DNA from: Promethearchaeota archaeon
GTDB taxonomy: Archaea; Asgardarchaeota; Lokiarchaeia; Sigyniarchaeales; SOKP01
Assembly (NCBI GenBank): GCA_019058365.1
Contig: JAHPZE010000012.1
Span: 43,017-107,016 of the forward strand
Length of the DNA stretch: 64,000 nucleotides
Reading direction: 5' to 3'
Positions within the stretch are counted from its first letter, which is position 1; every line of letters starts with the position of its first letter. The notes beneath the pieces are model-generated. The model had not been told where the DNA came from. It saw only the letters and a program-made list of their open reading frames with translations, and did no database searches. The translations under genes were made by a program, and so were the position numbers. Positions 49,873-60,063 of this stretch are shown here, one piece after another.

Positions 49873-50631
49873 ATGAAGATTCATTCGCTTTTTATTTTAA
49901 AAAGAACAGGTGTATGCATTTTTCATAAACATTTTACAAAAGACTTCGATAATATTGAGGTTAATTTAATAACTCCTTTCTTTTCAGCAATATTTTCGTT
50001 TTCTGAGAATGTAATTTCAAGAAAAACTCCAGAAATTCTTGAAATGAGAGAATTTAGATTTGTTTTTAAGGTTCACCAGGATTTAATTTTTTCAATTTTA
50101 TCAGACTCAACTGCGAGTCTTTTATTTGTGACTACCCGTTTAGAAAGAATAGCTGACGTATTTTTAGAGGAGTATCCAGATACTACTAAAATAAAAGATT
50201 ACCAACAACTTGAGAACCCTAAATTCGAAAAAATTCTTGATTCTATTGTCGCGGGAGAAGATGAACTATATATGAGTAAAACATTTTATGAGAAAGTAAT
50301 TGATGTCTTTGAAGGCTTAATGCTTGAGAATGAGATTATTGGTGCTGCGCTTTTAACTACTAAAGGCAATACAATTTATACTTCTCTTCCAAATGAGATA
50401 TTAGTTAATTCTTTGAAAGAATTAGAGATTAGATATATGGTTGGTGCAATTTCTCTTCCTGAAATGTATTATAGTTTAGGTAATGGACAAAAAGTGTTTT
50501 CTAGAATGGTTGATATTCCCTGGAAATTGGATCCACTTTTAGTTGTGGTCCTTTATGATAAAACGGTACCCTTAGGAATGGCAGAACTAAACCTAACTAA
50601 ATTAGCTAGTAGAATTAAAAACATTATTTAA
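49873..50631 (+). CDS. Longin-domain + roadblock-like domain fusion protein
   Basis: N-terminal IHSLFILKRTGVCIF...LITPFFSAIFSF...FVF...LIF (longin); C-terminal IIGAALLTTKGNTIY...LVVVL..VPLGMA...L (roadblock/LAMTOR-like). Confidence 0.7.
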   Translation: MKIHSLFILKRTGVCIFHKHFTKDFDNIEVNLITPFFSAIFSFSENVISRKTPEILEMREFRFVFKVHQDLIFSILSDSTASLLFVTTRLERIADVFLEEYPDTTKIKDYQQLENPKFEKILDSIVAGEDELYMSKTFYEKVIDVFEGLMLENEIIGAALLTTKGNTIYTSLPNEILVNSLKELEIRYMVGAISLPEMYYSLGNGQKVFSRMVDIPWKLDPLLVVVLYDKTVPLGMAELNLTKLASRIKNII

Positions 50632-50690
50632 TATAATTAACAACGAACATTAAAAAAGAGTAAAGAATTAAAAAAACCAAATTTAATATT

Positions 50691-52385
50691 TTAACCTTGT
50701 AAGTAAAAGAAAAAGCATACTATGCCTAAAATAAATGCTAAAATCGCCCAAAAATACCTAAATGCTTTAGAATAATTCCTGTGTCTATGCCCTGACTCAG
50801 ACCAGATTGTATCTATTTGAATATACGGACTTGGACCTCTCCTATACCAACCTTTAATTCTCACCCTTTGATCTATTAAACGATTAACAGATCTAAGGGA
50901 AAATATCAGGTCTACAATACCAATTCCAAACCTATAATCCACATACATCAAACCCGTGTCGTCTTGGAAGTACATATCTTCACTGAAATAATATCCTGGA
51001 ATCCCTTTCCCAACAATTTTTCCCTCTATATAGGCAGGGATACAACGTATTGGGCTGACCTTTACGTTTGTAACGAGATCTAACACTTTTTTATCTTCAA
51101 AACCACCCTTATACATATATCTCGTTTTTATTATAGACATAAATCCTATAATGTAAAATCCAATAGCCCATACAGACCACATATTTGCATAAACAGGCGC
51201 TAGAAAAGCAATATTATAAAATCCAGCAAGATCGAATATCCATACAATAGTTAATCCTAGCAAGGCGATGAAAACAAGTGTAGGAATTGTTTTCATGAAA
51301 ATATCCCATAGAAATTCATCCCACATTGATTTGCCTGCTTGTTCTTCTTTTAATCTTTTTGCATCAGAGAAATCAATTTCTGGTTTAACTCCATAGAGAT
51401 CACATAACATATTCAGGCGCATAATCCTTTTTGCTGGTAATGGGTGTGTTGAAAGAGCTTGATAATATTTAGCCCATGGATTATACAAATCCCAAGCTGC
51501 GGCTTTTTGAATTGCTTCCATAGAAAAAGTTTGTGTTGTTCCAACGCTGATGATACCTAATCCTTTTGCCGCACTTGGGTCAAAAATACCTAATCCTCTA
51601 AGTGCTCGCACTCGTGATTTCTTCCTTTCTTCGACATTACCATCTACTAATAATCCATACGCTATTTTAACTAGTCCAGTTGCAAGTGGGTTTGGATCTT
51701 CTAAAACTTCTGCACTATGCTCATCAGCATAATATTCACGAACTCTGCTAATTATAAGGGATATTAAATAACTCAAGTAATAACTTACAAAGGATAACAC
51801 AGCAATAACAATTAAAGCAAGTCGAAGATAAGAACCCTCATCACTATCACTTCTACTACTCCTTGAAAAAAAACTGGCATAATATGCCCATCGAGCAACA
51901 GTTAATAGTAGCAATGGAATGGCAAATACAACAGTCATCAATATGAAATCCGAGTGAACAACATGCCCTAACTCGTGACAAAACACAGCATTTTGTTCTT
52001 TCTTATTTAAGTATTTTAAAATTCCGTCTGTAAGAATAACTCTTGCTGAATTTTTTGACCAACCATACGTGAACGCATTTGGATTAAAATCATGTATTAT
52101 ACCGAGGCGTGGCATCTTTATACCACGAAATGAAACTACTCTATCAAGAGATTCTGCTAGATGGGGGAATTCTGCAGCAAATTGTTCATAAGGTATCCAA
52201 TCTATCCTATAAAGCCAACCTACAATCAACGGAGATATGCCATATTGAAGAAGTATTATTCCCACCGTTATCGCAATTATGATAATTAAACCCCATATCG
52301 ATGAAGGTAAAAACCAAACACCTATCACAAAAACAACCGCGTACATCAACGCAAACAGGGAAGTTGTAGCAAGCCCAGAAGCCAA
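50691..52385 (-). CDS. htpX: HtpX-type M48 zinc metalloprotease with C-terminal extension
   Basis: PNAFTYG, HELGH, SRVREYYAD, STHP..KRI; extra TM and beta-rich C-terminal domain. Confidence 0.85.
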   Translation of the reverse strand: MASGLATTSLFALMYAVVFVIGVWFLPSSIWGLIIIIAITVGIILLQYGISPLIVGWLYRIDWIPYEQFAAEFPHLAESLDRVVSFRGIKMPRLGIIHDFNPNAFTYGWSKNSARVILTDGILKYLNKKEQNAVFCHELGHVVHSDFILMTVVFAIPLLLLTVARWAYYASFFSRSSRSDSDEGSYLRLALIVIAVLSFVSYYLSYLISLIISRVREYYADEHSAEVLEDPNPLATGLVKIAYGLLVDGNVEERKKSRVRALRGLGIFDPSAAKGLGIISVGTTQTFSMEAIQKAAAWDLYNPWAKYYQALSTHPLPAKRIMRLNMLCDLYGVKPEIDFSDAKRLKEEQAGKSMWDEFLWDIFMKTIPTLVFIALLGLTIVWIFDLAGFYNIAFLAPVYANMWSVWAIGFYIIGFMSIIKTRYMYKGGFEDKKVLDLVTNVKVSPIRCIPAYIEGKIVGKGIPGYYFSEDMYFQDDTGLMYVDYRFGIGIVDLIFSLRSVNRLIDQRVRIKGWYRRGPSPYIQIDTIWSESGHRHRNYSKAFRYFWAILAFILGIVCFFFYLQG

Positions 52386-52565
52386 TCTTAATCCTATAAT
52401 TTACCACCTTTAAATTAATTTAATCTTTTTTTTTTAAATTTATAAAAAATTTTTATTCATGATATTGTACGCATTCACACCTATAAAAACTTTCCAACTA
52501 AAAATTAAAAACATTAGGAAGATTATAACAAATAATTTAGAACCATTCAAGAGAATTCCTTATTT

Positions 52566-53834
52566 ATGTATGATATTATAATCATTGGCGCGGGAATTGC
52601 TGGTGCAACATTTGCTTCTAAAATTTCGAAATATGCTAAAACACTCCTAATTGAAGCCCTAGATTATAAAAAAGAAATCCCTATAAGAACAAATATATTT
52701 CCTGAACATAATCGCCCTTTTATCAAGGAAGAAATTGACTGGGATGACAAAAATATCTTTCCTTCCCTTCACACTAAGTCAAATTATATGAGCGATGAGT
52801 TTAATGGTGTTATTGATTCCACCGAATTTGGAATACCTTTAGGTAATATTTGTTACACTGAGAATTTATTGGATAAGTTAATTAGTCAGTTTGAAGAACA
52901 AGGAGGTATATTTAATTCTAATGAACAAATTTCGAGAATTAATAGACATATTGATTATTTGGAATTAATCAACAGTAAAGGGGAATCGTATAATACTAAA
53001 CTATTAGCTCTCGCAACAGGTTCACGAGGATTTGATCTACAACGATCTTTAGGATTCGATATACCTGATCATTACACTGGAGCACTAATCCATTTATTTG
53101 GAAATGAAGATAAAATAAATGAAAATTTAGAATACAATTATGTATTTCACATAAATCCAAAGATCTCGGTTAATGGTCCTTTTTTCTTTAATAAGGGAAA
53201 AGAAAGAATTTTAACTGGTTTTTTAGGCGGAAAAAATGATCCGAAGGAAGTTATTTTAGATAAACTTGATAGAATTCTAAAGAATTATAAACATATTCAA
53301 CCTTTTATAGATGGATTGAAATATGACATATCAACTACTGTTGTTGGGGAAATATCCAAACATCCAATTAATTCTTTCTCGAAAGATCGAGTTCTTGTTC
53401 TGGGAGAAGCTGCAGGAATCGTAACTGCTTTTTTTTATGAAGGTTTGTTACCTGGAGTTGCATGTGCTGAAATTGGTACTAATACACTTAAACCTTTACT
53501 TGAAATTGATAGTAAATTTAGCCGATTAGAATTAAGTAAATATGATCAAGAAATTAAACGTGTACTTTTTCCGTACTTCAAAAATGGTAATGCCCTTGAG
53601 TATCTTATATATAATGAGGGTTCACATGTAAAATCGTTATGGCGTCTATATACAGAACTACTTAGCGAAAATAAATTGGCTAGAAAATATATTTATGAAG
53701 CATATATAAACCAAGACCTTTCTACTCATAATACAAGTAATGATAGATATGTCGGAGAAAAATGGTTTGGCAAACTTCCTGCTCTTTCAAAAATAACATT
53801 AAGTCCAAAATTTTTTAGAGCAATGCTTTTATGA
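52566..53834 (+). CDS. Geranylgeranyl-reductase-family FAD oxidoreductase
   Basis: YDIIIIGAGIAG, ATG, LVLGEAAG...EG. Confidence 0.7.
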   Translation: MYDIIIIGAGIAGATFASKISKYAKTLLIEALDYKKEIPIRTNIFPEHNRPFIKEEIDWDDKNIFPSLHTKSNYMSDEFNGVIDSTEFGIPLGNICYTENLLDKLISQFEEQGGIFNSNEQISRINRHIDYLELINSKGESYNTKLLALATGSRGFDLQRSLGFDIPDHYTGALIHLFGNEDKINENLEYNYVFHINPKISVNGPFFFNKGKERILTGFLGGKNDPKEVILDKLDRILKNYKHIQPFIDGLKYDISTTVVGEISKHPINSFSKDRVLVLGEAAGIVTAFFYEGLLPGVACAEIGTNTLKPLLEIDSKFSRLELSKYDQEIKRVLFPYFKNGNALEYLIYNEGSHVKSLWRLYTELLSENKLARKYIYEAYINQDLSTHNTSNDRYVGEKWFGKLPALSKITLSPKFFRAMLL

Positions 53835-53939
53835 GCTGATTTATTTTTAAAATTATATAAAAAGGAATGTTTCAATTCATATAAATCCAAAATAAAACAT
53901 AAATATCAAAAAAAAAATCTAAAATTGATCTTTATATTC

Positions 53940-54377
53940 CTATCGGTCTCGCCAATATTTCGCATGTTTTTTCCAATCTTTTGTTTCATGTATGGAATAT
54001 GGAGTATTGAACCATCTCAAATCTTCACAATTTCTTATTTCCCAGATCTCGTTTGGTTGTTCATAAAAACCAGTTTGAAAATTAAAATTTCTTCCTTTTA
54101 ATACACGTCTTTCTTTATTATGACTCCAGAACTCATGTTTCGATTTTGGCATGGCATAGAGATTATATACATTGTCAGGATCGGGGATATGACGGCCGCA
54201 AATATGATGTATAATATAATCTTTTGGAAATTCTTCTAAATTTATCTCCAAAAAGTTACAATATTTTTCTTTTAATTTTCTTGTTTTTGATTTTTTCATA
54301 ATCTTACCATTGATATTTTTCCAAGCCCTTAATAATATTTCCTCCAATTTTGTATATTTCTCCTCAATATTATCCAA
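53940..54377 (-). CDS. Orphan HNH endonuclease-like protein
   Basis: IHHICG-x8-N-x2-NL-x7-H; basic N-terminus. Confidence 0.6.
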   Translation of the reverse strand: MDNIEEKYTKLEEILLRAWKNINGKIMKKSKTRKLKEKYCNFLEINLEEFPKDYIIHHICGRHIPDPDNVYNLYAMPKSKHEFWSHNKERRVLKGRNFNFQTGFYEQPNEIWEIRNCEDLRWFNTPYSIHETKDWKKHAKYWRDR

Positions 54378-54430
54378 TTCTCCTTGTAACTCATCAAAAG
54401 AGAGGAGAATAAAAGTTTATAAAATTCGGA
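54377..54430 (-). promoter_or_regulatory. BRE-TATA promoter plus an 8-bp inverted repeat covering the HNH gene SD
   Basis: ATTCTCCT (54377-54384) / AGGAGAAT (54403-54410); minus-strand CCGAAT-TTTATAAA at ~54416-54429. Confidence 0.45.
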
Positions 54431-54525
54431 ATTGAAACTATCCTTTATATAAAACAAAAATATATTCTGATTATTATATTAGATCTTATACTCAATTTAT
54501 GGGGATATACAATTTTTCCAGTAAA

Positions 54526-55761
54526 TTAATTAGGTTTTATTACAAATTTTCTATAAATAAATAAACCCAAACCAAAAAACAAAATAATATACCCTATTAA
54601 GCCAAGAATGTGAAATACACTTGGCGCATCCCCGGTTAACACAGTATTATTAACTATTGTATAGGTGTAAGTAAAAGGTATCCAATTTGCAATCGTACGA
54701 AGAGGTTCACCAAACATTTCAATAGCTATAAATCCTCCACATAAAAATAGAGAAGCTAAAACGGTAAACAAGGATATTGGGAAAGTAAATACTTGTTCTG
54801 GAATTAAAGCCCCTAGTAGAGTGCCTATTATAGCTCCCAAGAAAATTGTAACTAGAGAAATTAATAAAAAGCCTGGAAAGTCTACTGGAAATGGGATTCC
54901 AATCCACAAGAAAATAATAATCATACCTAATGCGTAATTGATAACAAAACTTAGAATAGTCGCTGAAAGAATTTTCCCTAAGTAAGTATAATTTTGATTA
55001 GATGCAGGGGCAAGTGCAAATTCTGGGGTCATTTTATTATCTTTCTCAATAAATATATATGCAGACCCAATTATCATTGAGGAAACTAAGCATATAAATA
55101 CTATTGCTCCTGTACCAATTGTCCACATTCGTGGGAAGGTTTCTCTTTCAGGGTCTGCATTATTATAAACATAAATAACCTCAGTCTCATTAACCAGGAT
55201 ATTATCATAGTATGCTTTAAGTTTACGCTGAAATCCAAAATATAAATTTTTAAGATAATCTTCATTAATATTTAAGCATTTTAACTCGATCGTAACATTA
55301 CCATTTGTCCATGTGCCATTTTTCACAGATTGGATTACATTTTCGAAATTTTCAGGAAGAATAACAACCATAACAACGTTCTCAAGTTGTAAATCATTTT
55401 CAAATTGTTGGGCTGAAATCCCGATCATTTGTATGTGGCTCTTTACAAGAGTAGGGCCAACTAATTCATTATTATTTATATAATCCACGAATTCCTCAAT
55501 GTTAGGTAATTCATTGTGTCCTAAGGCAGTACTTAATTCTTCATCAGAATTATAATCAGGAACTACAAGAGCAATCGGATAATTAAAATTCACTGATCCA
55601 AAAACCATATTCATAAAAAATAAATAGGTTATAGGAAATAATAAAGATAAAAACAATAAGGTACGAGATGGTCCTCGAAGAATTATTTTAATGTTCTTTG
55701 AGATCTCATTTTTAAGCACTCCAATTGATGTTTTAATATTCCTTGAAGATTTTTTAGTCAT
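54526..55761 (-). CDS. ABC-2 permease with extracellular domain
   Basis: TM1, large loop, 5 TM; EKD, LGKIL, GGFIAIE, PFTY. Confidence 0.85.
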   Translation of the reverse strand: MTKKSSRNIKTSIGVLKNEISKNIKIILRGPSRTLLFLSLLFPITYLFFMNMVFGSVNFNYPIALVVPDYNSDEELSTALGHNELPNIEEFVDYINNNELVGPTLVKSHIQMIGISAQQFENDLQLENVVMVVILPENFENVIQSVKNGTWTNGNVTIELKCLNINEDYLKNLYFGFQRKLKAYYDNILVNETEVIYVYNNADPERETFPRMWTIGTGAIVFICLVSSMIIGSAYIFIEKDNKMTPEFALAPASNQNYTYLGKILSATILSFVINYALGMIIIFLWIGIPFPVDFPGFLLISLVTIFLGAIIGTLLGALIPEQVFTFPISLFTVLASLFLCGGFIAIEMFGEPLRTIANWIPFTYTYTIVNNTVLTGDAPSVFHILGLIGYIILFFGLGLFIYRKFVIKPN

Positions 55762-56954
55762 AGCTTAAATCCCTCTTTTGAAATTAAAATCCAGAAAATA
55801 ATGGTAAGCCCAATGCTTGATATTGCTAGAATCCCTAATCTAGGTAAAACATACAATGAATTTGGTAAAAAAGTTTCTGAAAATAAAATCTCCATCCAGT
55901 AAGTCGAAGGAATGAATCTTGAAATATCATACACTGTTTCTCCTAACATTCTTGTTGGTGCAAATCCACCTGAAAAAAACCAAAAAAAGATTGCCATAAC
56001 TATCGTTATCAACATTACATTCATAGTTTGTTTAATCTTCAATCCAATTAAACCACCTAAACATGTATGAAACCAAGTCGAGAGGAGGAATGCTAAAATA
56101 ACAACTCCTAAATTACCACGAAATTTAACATTAAATATTAAAAATAAAATTAGAGAAAAAGCTATAACAACAAGAGATCCTAAAAGAATAGCGATTAATT
56201 GTTTTGATGCAATATAAGCACTACGTTTAATCGGACTAATTGTAATTTCAATCATTGTATTGTCATTATATTCTTTTGCAATATTTAATCCACCATATAA
56301 TAGACCACAGATGATACCATAAACACCAATAACACCTATAACTGTACCCTTTATTAGACTTACATCTTGATTAACTACATAACTTTTTTTTGCAATAAGT
56401 TCGAAATTGTCAACATGACCATTAGATAAATGTATATGTTGATTAAAAGTAAGGACCGCTTCATCTAATCTTTGAATATAATTTTTTACATAATCATCAT
56501 TTATATTTTGGACTTCTAAATATAGAGTTCCTTTAATACCAGTGCTATTACTAGTAATGTTTGCTTGGAATCCAACAGGAATGTAAATAAGTCCTAAAAC
56601 TTCATAGTTGTCTATTTTCATTTTTGCTTCCTGATAAGAATCGATTGGTATTACATTAAACCAAGGAGCAAATTCACTAGTGATGTTGCTTATATAATTA
56701 ACCATAATGTTAGAATAGTCAGTATTATCATCATCAACTATTATAACGTTATATGTTTCAGGATTATTAATCATGTCAAATGATGAAAAAACAATCAAAA
56801 TAACTATTGGAGGGATAATACCTGCCAGAAAATATTTTTTAACCCTTTTAGTGGAGATTAGATCCTTATGTATTACTGTTTTTAAATCATGAAGCCAAAG
56901 TTTTATGTTAAAAACTTTCCGTTTTTTATTCTTAACCTTATTTTTCTTTTCCAT
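55758..56954 (-). CDS. ABC-2 permease with extracellular domain
   Basis: IVDDDNT, IYIPVGF, KEY, ISPI, SGGFAP, PSTY. Confidence 0.88.
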   Translation of the reverse strand: MEKKNKVKNKKRKVFNIKLWLHDLKTVIHKDLISTKRVKKYFLAGIIPPIVILIVFSSFDMINNPETYNVIIVDDDNTDYSNIMVNYISNITSEFAPWFNVIPIDSYQEAKMKIDNYEVLGLIYIPVGFQANITSNSTGIKGTLYLEVQNINDDYVKNYIQRLDEAVLTFNQHIHLSNGHVDNFELIAKKSYVVNQDVSLIKGTVIGVIGVYGIICGLLYGGLNIAKEYNDNTMIEITISPIKRSAYIASKQLIAILLGSLVVIAFSLILFLIFNVKFRGNLGVVILAFLLSTWFHTCLGGLIGLKIKQTMNVMLITIVMAIFFWFFSGGFAPTRMLGETVYDISRFIPSTYWMEILFSETFLPNSLYVLPRLGILAISSIGLTIIFWILISKEGFKL

Positions 56955-57970
56955 TACTCTCTAAACTCCTTACCAGTAAGTTTCAGAAAAATATCTTCTA
57001 ATGTTGGTTTTTTAAATACAAATTCCTCGATAGGAATATTATGAGCTTTAGTATATGTTAGAAATTTTTCAATAATTTCTTCAATATTGTTTGATTCAAA
57101 CATAATTTGAAAAAACGAATGTGTTTCACTTAATTTTTTTTCCATTAAAATCTGACCATTTAATTGTTGGGTGAGAAATTGATCATAAAACTCAGATGTG
57201 AGATTATTTTGTGTTGTTTTAAATTCAAAAATAGTGTTTGGAAATACGCGTTCTTGAATCTCACGTAAATGTCCAGGTCCTTCAATTATCTTTGTATCTA
57301 AAATGACAATAATTTCAGCTAATCTTTCAGCTTCTTCCATGTAATTGGTAGTTACTAATATTGTCATACCTTGCTTAGCTAATTCAAGAATATATTCATG
57401 AATAGCACTTCGAGTCTGCACATCTACTCCTATTGTTGGTTCATCTAAAATAAGAAGTTCTGGCTCGTGGAGTAACGCTCGGATTAATTGGAGACGCCTT
57501 TTCATTCCACCTGAGTAAGTTCCAACTTGATCATTCCTCCGTTCAAAAAGACCAGCAATCTTTAATAGCTTCTCAACTTTTGGAGCTATTTCGGATTTTG
57601 GCATACTATATAATCGTGCATGAAAATCTAAATTTTCATAGCCGGTAAGTTCATTATATAAAGCTAATTCTTGTGGAACAAGACCAAAAACTCCGAATAA
57701 TGATCTTCGTTCACTATAAGGATCTTTTCCTTTAACTCGAATTGTTCCATTAGTCTGTTTAAGCTGTCCTGTTATCAATTTTACCAATGTTGATTTTCCT
57801 GCTCCATTTGGTCCAATTAAACAGAATATTTCTCCTTTATGAATTTGAAATGAAATATTATCTAATGCAATGGTATTTGGGTAATGTTTATCAACTTGAT
57901 TTAATTCTATGAGTACATTTGAATTACTCATAGGATTATTATCAAATTCTTTCTTTATATTATCTATCAT
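56954..57970 (-). CDS. ABC ATP-binding protein (DrrA/LnrL-like) with H-loop Asn
   Basis: GPNGAGKST, YSGGMKRR, LDEPT, TTNYMEEA, PTLEDIFLKLTG. Confidence 0.93.
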   Translation of the reverse strand: MIDNIKKEFDNNPMSNSNVLIELNQVDKHYPNTIALDNISFQIHKGEIFCLIGPNGAGKSTLVKLITGQLKQTNGTIRVKGKDPYSERRSLFGVFGLVPQELALYNELTGYENLDFHARLYSMPKSEIAPKVEKLLKIAGLFERRNDQVGTYSGGMKRRLQLIRALLHEPELLILDEPTIGVDVQTRSAIHEYILELAKQGMTILVTTNYMEEAERLAEIIVILDTKIIEGPGHLREIQERVFPNTIFEFKTTQNNLTSEFYDQFLTQQLNGQILMEKKLSETHSFFQIMFESNNIEEIIEKFLTYTKAHNIPIEEFVFKKPTLEDIFLKLTGKEFRE

Positions 57971-57988
57971 TTTATTATTGCAACTTTC

Positions 57989-59149
57989 TTATTTTTTTTT
58001 CGTTTTGAAAGCTAAAACTGCAAGGAGCATAAATAGAAATGTCAATAGAAGCATAACCAGAAAATCCATAAAAAACATATCAATACCAAATCCATTAATC
58101 ATAATTGCTCTGCTAATTCTTATCGAATAGGTCATGGGTAGAATATATGAGATATATTGAAAGATTACTGGAAAAGCATTTATAGGAAAAATAAATCCTG
58201 AAAAGAACATTGAAGGTATTAGGAGTAATGGAATGAATTGAAATGCTTGAAGCTCATTTTGGGCAAAAGTAGAAGCAAGAATACCTAATCCAACACAAGA
58301 CATTGCGTAGATAAAGAGGACAAAAAATAACAATAAAATATTACCAACAATATGGATCTGGAAGAAAAAAATTGAAATAACTAATAGAAGTACACTTTGG
58401 ACTAAAGCAATTAAAGAGTTTCCCAATAAATACCCTAACATTACTTCCCATTTGGAGGTAGATGTTACTTTAACTCTATACAAAGTTCCAGTCAGACGCT
58501 CCTTAGTGAATCCCCCAGTAACCGTTAAAATCATGAATAAAAAGAGTGCAAAACTGAGAATTCCTGGTCCAAGAGAATCAATTGGCCTTAAATCTGGACT
58601 ACCCGCAACATAAATGTAATCTAAAGCTATATGAGATTCTTCCCCGGAGATTTCATTCATTACCTTCCCAATAGTTTCTGAGATTGCTGCTATTACAGAA
58701 CCTATCGTCTGTGGATCGCTTCCATCTATATATATGGGTATTTGAATATGAATAGAAATATTCACCATATCTTCCGTAAAATTTATAGGTATCACGATTA
58801 GTGCGTAATAATCGTTTCCACCGTAAATTTTGGAAGTTTCTTTTGAAAGATTAAATGTATCTAAATTCAATAGTTTAACATCCACTCTATCATCCGCTTC
58901 AAGAGATTCTATGAAGATTTCTGAAAATTTGGTATCATTTATCCCTAAAAACGGTATACCTTCTCCACCTTCATCAAGATTAACAATTTTTATGGGTACA
59001 TGTCGAACAGGTTGCCCAAAAGCAAATCCAAAAAGAAACATCATAAGGATTGGCATCATGATGAGTAATCCTAATGTTCTTTTGTCATGCAATAATGTTT
59101 GAAGATTTTTTCGTGTGATTGCTATAATCCTCCGTAAACTAAAGCTCAT
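57989..59149 (-). CDS. ABC-2 permease (YbhR/YbhS-like)
   Basis: HDKRT, VNLDEG, DGSDP, KERLTGTL, NELQAFQF, FSGFIFP, PMTY. Confidence 0.92.
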   Translation of the reverse strand: MSFSLRRIIAITRKNLQTLLHDKRTLGLLIMMPILMMFLFGFAFGQPVRHVPIKIVNLDEGGEGIPFLGINDTKFSEIFIESLEADDRVDVKLLNLDTFNLSKETSKIYGGNDYYALIVIPINFTEDMVNISIHIQIPIYIDGSDPQTIGSVIAAISETIGKVMNEISGEESHIALDYIYVAGSPDLRPIDSLGPGILSFALFLFMILTVTGGFTKERLTGTLYRVKVTSTSKWEVMLGYLLGNSLIALVQSVLLLVISIFFFQIHIVGNILLLFFVLFIYAMSCVGLGILASTFAQNELQAFQFIPLLLIPSMFFSGFIFPINAFPVIFQYISYILPMTYSIRISRAIMINGFGIDMFFMDFLVMLLLTFLFMLLAVLAFKTKKK

Positions 59150-59918
59150 GATTAATTCCCTCCTTGTATTTTTTCTTTTTCTCCTGAAGAGTGTAATAAA
59201 TATAAACTTCTTCCATATCAGGTAATTTTTCGAGGTTCTTGAGTTTTCTTACTTTCTCCATTAATTCCATGGGCGTCCCAGAGATTAATATCTTCTTATT
59301 CATTAAACCAATTCGGTCACAATTAATTGATTCTGCCAAATAATGAGTAGTAAGGAGAATGGTAACTCCACGTTCTTTTGAAATATCCTTAAAATAATTC
59401 CAAAATTCGATTCTAAGTTCTGGGTCAACCCCTACAGTAGGTTCATCTAAAATTAGAATTTCTGGTCTATGAAGTAGTGCTACAGCAAGAGAACACCTTC
59501 TTTGCATCCCTCCCGAACATTTGGAGATTATCCTTTTTTTAAATTCTGTTAGGTCAATCAATTCAAGGACTTCTTGAATATGAGAATTAAGAGTAGATTT
59601 TGGAATTTTATATAATTCTCCAAAAAAACGTAAGTTTTGTTCAATTGTTAGATCTAAATATAGAGAGAGCTCTTGTGGCATAAAACCAATTTTATAATAA
59701 ATATCATTAATCCTTTTAGGGATTTCTTTTCCATCAATCGTTATTTTAGCTCCTGGATCAGGGTTTAAGATATCTAAGAGCATTAAGATAGTTGTCGTTT
59801 TTCCCGAACCATTAGGTCCGATAAGACCATATATCTCACCTTTTTGTATATTAAGATTGAGATTTTCTACAGCTTTGAAACTTCCAAACGATTTTGAAAG
59901 ATTTGAGATATCTATCAT
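59139..59918 (-). CDS. ABC ATP-binding protein
   Basis: GPNGSGKTT, SGGMQRR, LDEPTVGVDP, TTHY. Confidence 0.95.
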   Translation of the reverse strand: MIDISNLSKSFGSFKAVENLNLNIQKGEIYGLIGPNGSGKTTTILMLLDILNPDPGAKITIDGKEIPKRINDIYYKIGFMPQELSLYLDLTIEQNLRFFGELYKIPKSTLNSHIQEVLELIDLTEFKKRIISKCSGGMQRRCSLAVALLHRPEILILDEPTVGVDPELRIEFWNYFKDISKERGVTILLTTHYLAESINCDRIGLMNKKILISGTPMELMEKVRKLKNLEKLPDMEEVYIYYTLQEKKKKYKEGINHEL

Positions 59919-59945
59919 TGATTATCATAAAAACTCTATTTTTTT

Positions 59946-59998
59946 TATGTTATTGTATAACATATAAAAGTTTTTAAAATAATACTACTTTAGTAGTA
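59946..59998. promoter_or_regulatory. Two palindromes in the divergent ABC/TrmB promoter region
   Basis: TATGTTAT-TGT-ATAACATA (59946-59964) and TACTACT-TT-AGTAGTA (59983-59998). Confidence 0.6.
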
Positions 59999-60063
59999 AC
60001 ATCTAAAAATATATTTAAATATTTTGAAATTGAAAAATCTATTTTTTAATCCTATCTAAGAAT

